This document shows positions 15,398 through 20,000 of a stretch of 20,000 bases of DNA, piece after piece (the first letter of the stretch is position 1; every line of letters starts with the position of its first letter). Under the pieces are notes generated by a model. The model had not been told where the DNA came from. It made no database searches and saw only the letters and a program-made list of their open reading frames with translations. The stretch spans positions 57,644-77,643 of the IMG/VR virus record IMGVR_UViG_3300047550_002778, one strand, 5' to 3'. Both the position numbers and the translations under genes were made by a program. This stretch comes from an uncultured virus (IMG/VR IMGVR_UViG_3300047550_002778) (taxonomy: Duplodnaviria > Heunggongvirae > Uroviricota > Caudoviricetes).

Positions 15398-18300
15398 TCA
15401 AATAAAGAACTTTCTGTAATCGTTAAGATCGTATAATCCTTCTTTAATTTGATTACCTAGATCATAACTAATACCTTTGCTCTTATCATTCTTGTTAGTC
15501 TTCATCAATTGAATTGCTTTGTCATAGTCGTTTCTACCATCCTTAGCAATTGCATTCAACTTAGCAATCTTATTGGCCGCACCCTTTGCATCAAGTGGTT
15601 GTAGACCAGTCTTTGTCACAAGATTCCATTTATCACCAAAATATTGATAAACAGCTTTTGGTGTCAATGGTTTTTCTTCTGGTCCAGCTATAACCAAAGT
15701 CTTTTCTTTAGGTTTAAATCCACCTTGTTGTGCTTGAGGAGCAGGTGCACCACCAGATCCGAGAATATCCAAACCTTGAAGGGCTGCATCAACTGCTTTG
15801 TTGGTCTTTTTACTACCCTTCTTATAAACCAAGACATCACCAATATCCAAGAATGTAATGATCAATTGTTTCAAGGAAGCTTTGTCCAAACTGTTAGGGT
15901 TAACTTTTTGTAGAATTGGACCCAGATCAATCAACTTGGCAAACATTCCTCGTGCATTAGCAATATCTGGAGCAGTCAAGTTACCAGATGCGCCTGGATT
16001 TGGCGTAACAGCCTTACCACGGGTTTCCAAATCTTCAGTGACCTTTGGCGTAAAACCAGCAGGCAATCCTTTTTGACCACCAATTACGGGAGGAGCAATC
16101 TTCAAACCTGGTTTTTGTGCAGGCATTGGAAGTTTTGGAGGTTGTGCGGGTTCTGTAGGCTTTTCTTCAAAGTTATAAATACTATTTGGATTGTTCTTGT
16201 TGAATATTTGACGTAGTTCAACAGTTGCACCAACTAGATTTGGAATAGCAGCATTAAATTCGCCCAAGAATGCTTGTCTTTCTTTGTTTTGTGCCAATAA
16301 ATCAGCAGCTGCTTCAGCCAAGGCCGCAAATGCTGGATTTGATTCAACTTCTTTACGAACAGCATTAGGATCTCCGACCTTTTGACGATATTGAGCAGAA
16401 GCTTCACTAATAGCTTTGCTGAAATTTACCAAGAAGGTCTTTAATGTAGCCATGCCTGCTTTTGCTTCTGGACTATTTGGATTGTCAGATGCCTTAAGCA
16501 TGCCCACTACACGTTGTTGTAAATTACCAGCAAATAATGGACTGCCTTTCAAAGCAGTCAAATACTTTGCTAGATTTTTGTTTGAATATCCGCCGCCAGG
16601 TCCAGGTGTTGGTGCTTCTGGTTTATTTGGATTATCCTCAGGCTTTGTAGGATTGGTTGGACTTGGATTTGGATTAGTTGGAGTAGGAACTTCTTCTGGC
16701 GGAACAACAACTGATTCTGGTTGTGGTTTATTGGATTCCGGTGTAGCACCATATAACCAATTACGAACCTTCATCACATAATCATATATGCCTGGAAAAG
16801 TCTTGTCATACTTCTTAAGAGTATCAAGAATATCTTTTTCGGTCTTAAGACCTAAACTACTTTCCATGTTGTTCAAGAACTTCAAATAGTCACTTTCGAC
16901 TTGTTTATAATCCAAACGTGCGTTTTTGCCACCCACTGCTGGTCCACCAGTCATGAAATTCTTGGCTGCTGTAAATGGATTTGCTTCGGTCAATGCAATA
17001 GCGCTACCCATCAATTCAGCTTTTAACAAATCAATTTCACTTTCTTGTAGACCAAATTTCTTCTTCAACAATCCCAAAGCACCCTTACGTGCCAATTGAT
17101 TTGTTACATTAGGATCTGCCAACATTGTTTGAGCTTCTGGTTGACTAATACCAGCAACCCAGTTTTGAACAGCTTGTCTTGCGGCCGGAGCAGTAGCACC
17201 TCTTACATCTGTCGAACTTGCTAATTTAGCTAAAGAATCAAGTTTTGGACGTAGATCTGTCAAAGTTGGTTGGATATCAACACCTGTTACTGGAGGAGGT
17301 TCTGGAGGCAATGTTCCGCCTGGTGGAATTGCGCCGACGCCAGTTGGGGCTGGAGCTACAGGTGGTGGATTTGCAGTAGAAGTGTAGTTCATCTCTGTAT
17401 CTGGTCCAAAACCTCTGTTGTTCATGTCTTCAGGCGCTATATATCCCGATTGCCATTGACCTTGAACTGGTGAAGATACAGACCCGCCACCATACATACC
17501 TTGATTTGGATCGTTTGCACTACCCGGAATAATTTTACTTGTATCAAACCCAGGTTGTTCTGGTGCAGTAGGAGCTGGAATTGGCTTTGGTGGCAGCGGC
17601 AATGCAGATCCATCACTTGGACCAGACAACCAACCTGCGATTTTATCATAAAATAGTCCCAATATTTTGCCAATTGCTATACCTGCACCTGATACTACTG
17701 CTGCTTTTGCAGCTGCTTGTGTTGCTTTTTCACCCTTCAATACACCAATCAGAGTTCTCAATGCTGTGCCGACTAAAAACTTACCTAACATTGGTATACC
17801 AAATAAACCGCCGCCAGTAGTCATTGTCAATACTGCAACCAAACCGGCAACAATCATGTTGGTCAACATTGGATGTTGTCTAGCAAAAATACCAATTTCA
17901 TCCAATATGTTATCGACACCCTTAACCATGCCACTAGAACGAATCTTGGAAATTAAACCTTCAATACGACCCATACCAGCTTGAATTTCAGCTGGTGTTG
18001 CTGGAGCATTTAGTTTTGGATTGTTTTGAAGAGCAGCAAATCTTTTACCAATTAAAGCACCAATTTGGCCAATTTGAGTTGGACTATTCTTGACATCTTC
18101 TTCGGATGGAGCATATGGACTTGGACCAGAACTGACAATTTTTTCAGTATTTTTCTTTAATGCGCCAAATAGATTTTGAATTACTTGTGTGTCTTTAGAT
18201 TGACCAAAACCTTTACCAAGCGGTGTGGTCAACCATGCTTTTGTCTTGGCTAAACCACGTTGAAAAATATCTTCTTTCAATACTGGATGTTGATTCAAAT

Positions 18301-18490
18301 ATTCATTGATAATATCAACTTGTATTTGTTTACCAGTTTGTTCACCCAATTGAATAGCGTGATATAGATTTGATTTGATATCCAATCCTTCACACAACAC
18401 TGATTTAGTTGATTGATGTTGTGATTCAACAAATTCTTGTATTAATTGTTGAATAAATTGATCTTTTGCTAAGTTTTTAAATTTTGCCAT
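15398..18490 (-). CDS. Large Pro-rich, helical hypothetical protein with a hydrophobic Gly/Ala-rich segment (possible internal virion protein)
   Basis: 1030-aa ORF; hydrophobic stretch around aa 208-285; three Pro-rich linkers; TATTTATA 20 nt upstream. Function is inference. Confidence 0.7.
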   Translation of the reverse strand: MAKFKNLAKDQFIQQLIQEFVESQHQSTKSVLCEGLDIKSNLYHAIQLGEQTGKQIQVDIINEYLNQHPVLKEDIFQRGLAKTKAWLTTPLGKGFGQSKDTQVIQNLFGALKKNTEKIVSSGPSPYAPSEEDVKNSPTQIGQIGALIGKRFAALQNNPKLNAPATPAEIQAGMGRIEGLISKIRSSGMVKGVDNILDEIGIFARQHPMLTNMIVAGLVAVLTMTTGGGLFGIPMLGKFLVGTALRTLIGVLKGEKATQAAAKAAVVSGAGIAIGKILGLFYDKIAGWLSGPSDGSALPLPPKPIPAPTAPEQPGFDTSKIIPGSANDPNQGMYGGGSVSSPVQGQWQSGYIAPEDMNNRGFGPDTEMNYTSTANPPPVAPAPTGVGAIPPGGTLPPEPPPVTGVDIQPTLTDLRPKLDSLAKLASSTDVRGATAPAARQAVQNWVAGISQPEAQTMLADPNVTNQLARKGALGLLKKKFGLQESEIDLLKAELMGSAIALTEANPFTAAKNFMTGGPAVGGKNARLDYKQVESDYLKFLNNMESSLGLKTEKDILDTLKKYDKTFPGIYDYVMKVRNWLYGATPESNKPQPESVVVPPEEVPTPTNPNPSPTNPTKPEDNPNKPEAPTPGPGGGYSNKNLAKYLTALKGSPLFAGNLQQRVVGMLKASDNPNSPEAKAGMATLKTFLVNFSKAISEASAQYRQKVGDPNAVRKEVESNPAFAALAEAAADLLAQNKERQAFLGEFNAAIPNLVGATVELRQIFNKNNPNSIYNFEEKPTEPAQPPKLPMPAQKPGLKIAPPVIGGQKGLPAGFTPKVTEDLETRGKAVTPNPGASGNLTAPDIANARGMFAKLIDLGPILQKVNPNSLDKASLKQLIITFLDIGDVLVYKKGSKKTNKAVDAALQGLDILGSGGAPAPQAQQGGFKPKEKTLVIAGPEEKPLTPKAVYQYFGDKWNLVTKTGLQPLDAKGAANKIAKLNAIAKDGRNDYDKAIQLMKTNKNDKSKGISYDLGNQIKEGLYDLNDYRKFFI

Positions 18491-18537
18491 AATACTTACT
18501 TGGTTATTCTTATAAATATAATTGTTTTGGTAAAAAA

Positions 18538-19209
18538 TTAAAGATTATAATTGGTTCGATACGTGGTTATAATCGCCCATTTGTTTTCTGGTTGAAATGC
18601 TTTTGGAAATTTTAAATAAGATGCGTGACTATCAGCAAAAATATAAGTAGACCCACCATTATGTTTCTTGAAATCTAACTCAGTCGCATCATTACCTTGT
18701 CCCTCAAAAATATCCATATAAAAATGTTTTGACTTACCCAACTTTTCACCAAACACAATCGTCTCGCTAACCAATGGTATTGAACTTGCCTTTACTGGTT
18801 CTTCCAGAACATCCCAGTCACCATCAAATAATTCGAAATAATAATCGTCAAATCCATTTATTATAAAACTTCTATTGACTCTATTTGCATTTGTTTCAAC
18901 CAAATTATTTGTAAACTTATCCACTGGACAAACCAATACATTTTGACTTTCATAATATGGTTTTAATGCAACTGGCCATTGATTAGTTAAACTCCTTGGT
19001 GGTATACTATCATTATAATCAATTTTATATTGTTCTAAAGCAATACCCAATTGTCTACTATTATTCAAACACTTTATTTGTTGAGCTTTACTTTTAGCAC
19101 CACTCAAAGCCGGTAATAACATACCTGCCAATATTGCAATTATAGCAATTACTACCAATAATTCTATCAATGTAAATGCCAAAGATTTATTTTTATTTAA
19201 TTTTTTCAT
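18538..19209 (-). CDS. Prepilin-type N-terminal cleavage/methylation protein with H-X9-DG-like C-terminal motif
   Basis: [45 protein letters not shown]...[19 protein letters not shown]. Confidence 0.92.
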   Translation of the reverse strand: MKKLNKNKSLAFTLIELLVVIAIIAILAGMLLPALSGAKSKAQQIKCLNNSRQLGIALEQYKIDYNDSIPPRSLTNQWPVALKPYYESQNVLVCPVDKFTNNLVETNANRVNRSFIINGFDDYYFELFDGDWDVLEEPVKASSIPLVSETIVFGEKLGKSKHFYMDIFEGQGNDATELDFKKHNGGSTYIFADSHASYLKFPKAFQPENKWAIITTYRTNYNL

Positions 19210-19381
19210 TTGGTTCGCAATTTAAATTATTAATAAAATCAAGCCTATGTTTTTGAACCCAATCAGTCAACGCATATTCAAAACCAACATCGTGGTGATT
19301 TTTTTCACTTTCAAACCATTTATGACGGTCTATTTCTGTCTTCATATCAATAAAAATACTATATAATGATTTTTTTTCCAT
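19193..19381 (-). CDS. Small DUF4032-like protein (62 aa); start revised to ATG 19381
   Basis: [30 protein letters not shown] matches the EI..HKW..SE....D.G...A..DW pattern. The longer track ORF overlaps the upstream gene. Confidence 0.7.
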   Translation of the reverse strand: MEKKSLYSIFIDMKTEIDRHKWFESEKNHHDVGFEYALTDWVQKHRLDFINNLNCEPNEKIK

Positions 19382-19385
19382 TATA

Positions 19386-20000
19386 TTACCAAGTCTTTGT
19401 TGAAGTTGTGATGATTTGAATTTTTGAAGCGTTAACTGGGAAATTTGAAAGAGGAGTCCAAGTTGAACCATCATTTGTGGTATAATATCCAGACCAACCT
19501 GGGACTGCATTTGGAGATACACTCATCTTCATAACTGGATATCTAGTTTCTGTAGCAGCATCTGTTGGAGCTTTTCTTACATAATAATCTCTAGTGCCAC
19601 CTGTAGATGTTCCAGCTGTGTTACCACCTATTTGAGTAATTGTATTACCATTAAAAGTGGTTGTATACCCAAGTGTTGTTTGACCAGTATTTTGGTTCCA
19701 AGCTTCAGATATCAACGCAATCACATATTCACCAGTGTCAATTTGGAACGATGGAGATCCAATAGTTCCATATGATACCCAATATGTTGATACGGTTGTT
19801 GCCCCTGCTCTTGTATTAACTTGGGCATCACTGTTACCTTTCTTAGTAGCACCAGTAACATTTGCGGCTACATTATTATATTCCGTTTGTGTTACCTTAA
19901 CCCAGTTACCAACAGTTGCTGAATCGTAAGATGCTACACTAGTTGTTAATTGTGCTCTAATTAAATCTCCACCCGGAGTAGCTGTTGGTGTAGGCGTAGG
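19386..20000 (-). CDS. C-terminal part of a Thr-rich putative virion protein with a PTPT linker (partial)
   Basis: The frame is open from 20000 (PTPTPTATPGGDLIRAQLTTSVASY...) to the stop at 19386; the track's 112-aa ORF is only its end. Confidence 0.8.
   Translation of the reverse strand, partial: PTPTPTATPGGDLIRAQLTTSVASYDSATVGNWVKVTQTEYNNVAANVTGATKKGNSDAQVNTRAGATTVSTYWVSYGTIGSPSFQIDTGEYVIALISEAWNQNTGQTTLGYTTTFNGNTITQIGGNTAGTSTGGTRDYYVRKAPTDAATETRYPVMKMSVSPNAVPGWSGYYTTNDGSTWTPLSNFPVNASKIQIITTSTKTW

Overview
AT-rich segment of a large (jumbo-type) tailed phage genome, almost entirely coded on the minus strand in the standard genetic code. It has four parts: (1) a membrane protein, Hsp20 and three Ser/Thr/Gly-rich virion or tail-fibre-like proteins, one ending in a Hint domain and one in a peptidase S74 chaperone domain; (2) PhoH, small hypotheticals and an ADP-ribosyltransferase-like protein; (3) an RNA array of 10 tRNAs (Val, Pro x2, Leu, Ser x2, Ala, Gly x2, Gln) plus tmRNA, interleaved with non-canonical structured RNAs, two tiny Lys/Arg-rich ORFs, a methyltransferase and a glycosyltransferase-like gene; (4) a beta-barrel outer-membrane protein, a 1030-aa Pro-rich protein, a prepilin/H-X9-DG-type protein and a DUF4032-like protein, which suggest a PVC-superphylum (probably Verrucomicrobiota) host. 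The most striking observation is a trp-style attenuator at 13812-13932 heading the tRNA array. It has a 17-codon leader ORF and mutually exclusive 1:2, 2:3 and 3:4 helices, and the leader codons match the tRNA species encoded downstream. This suggests a phage tRNA operon induced when those tRNAs become limiting. All calls come from reading the sequence by eye; no searches were run.
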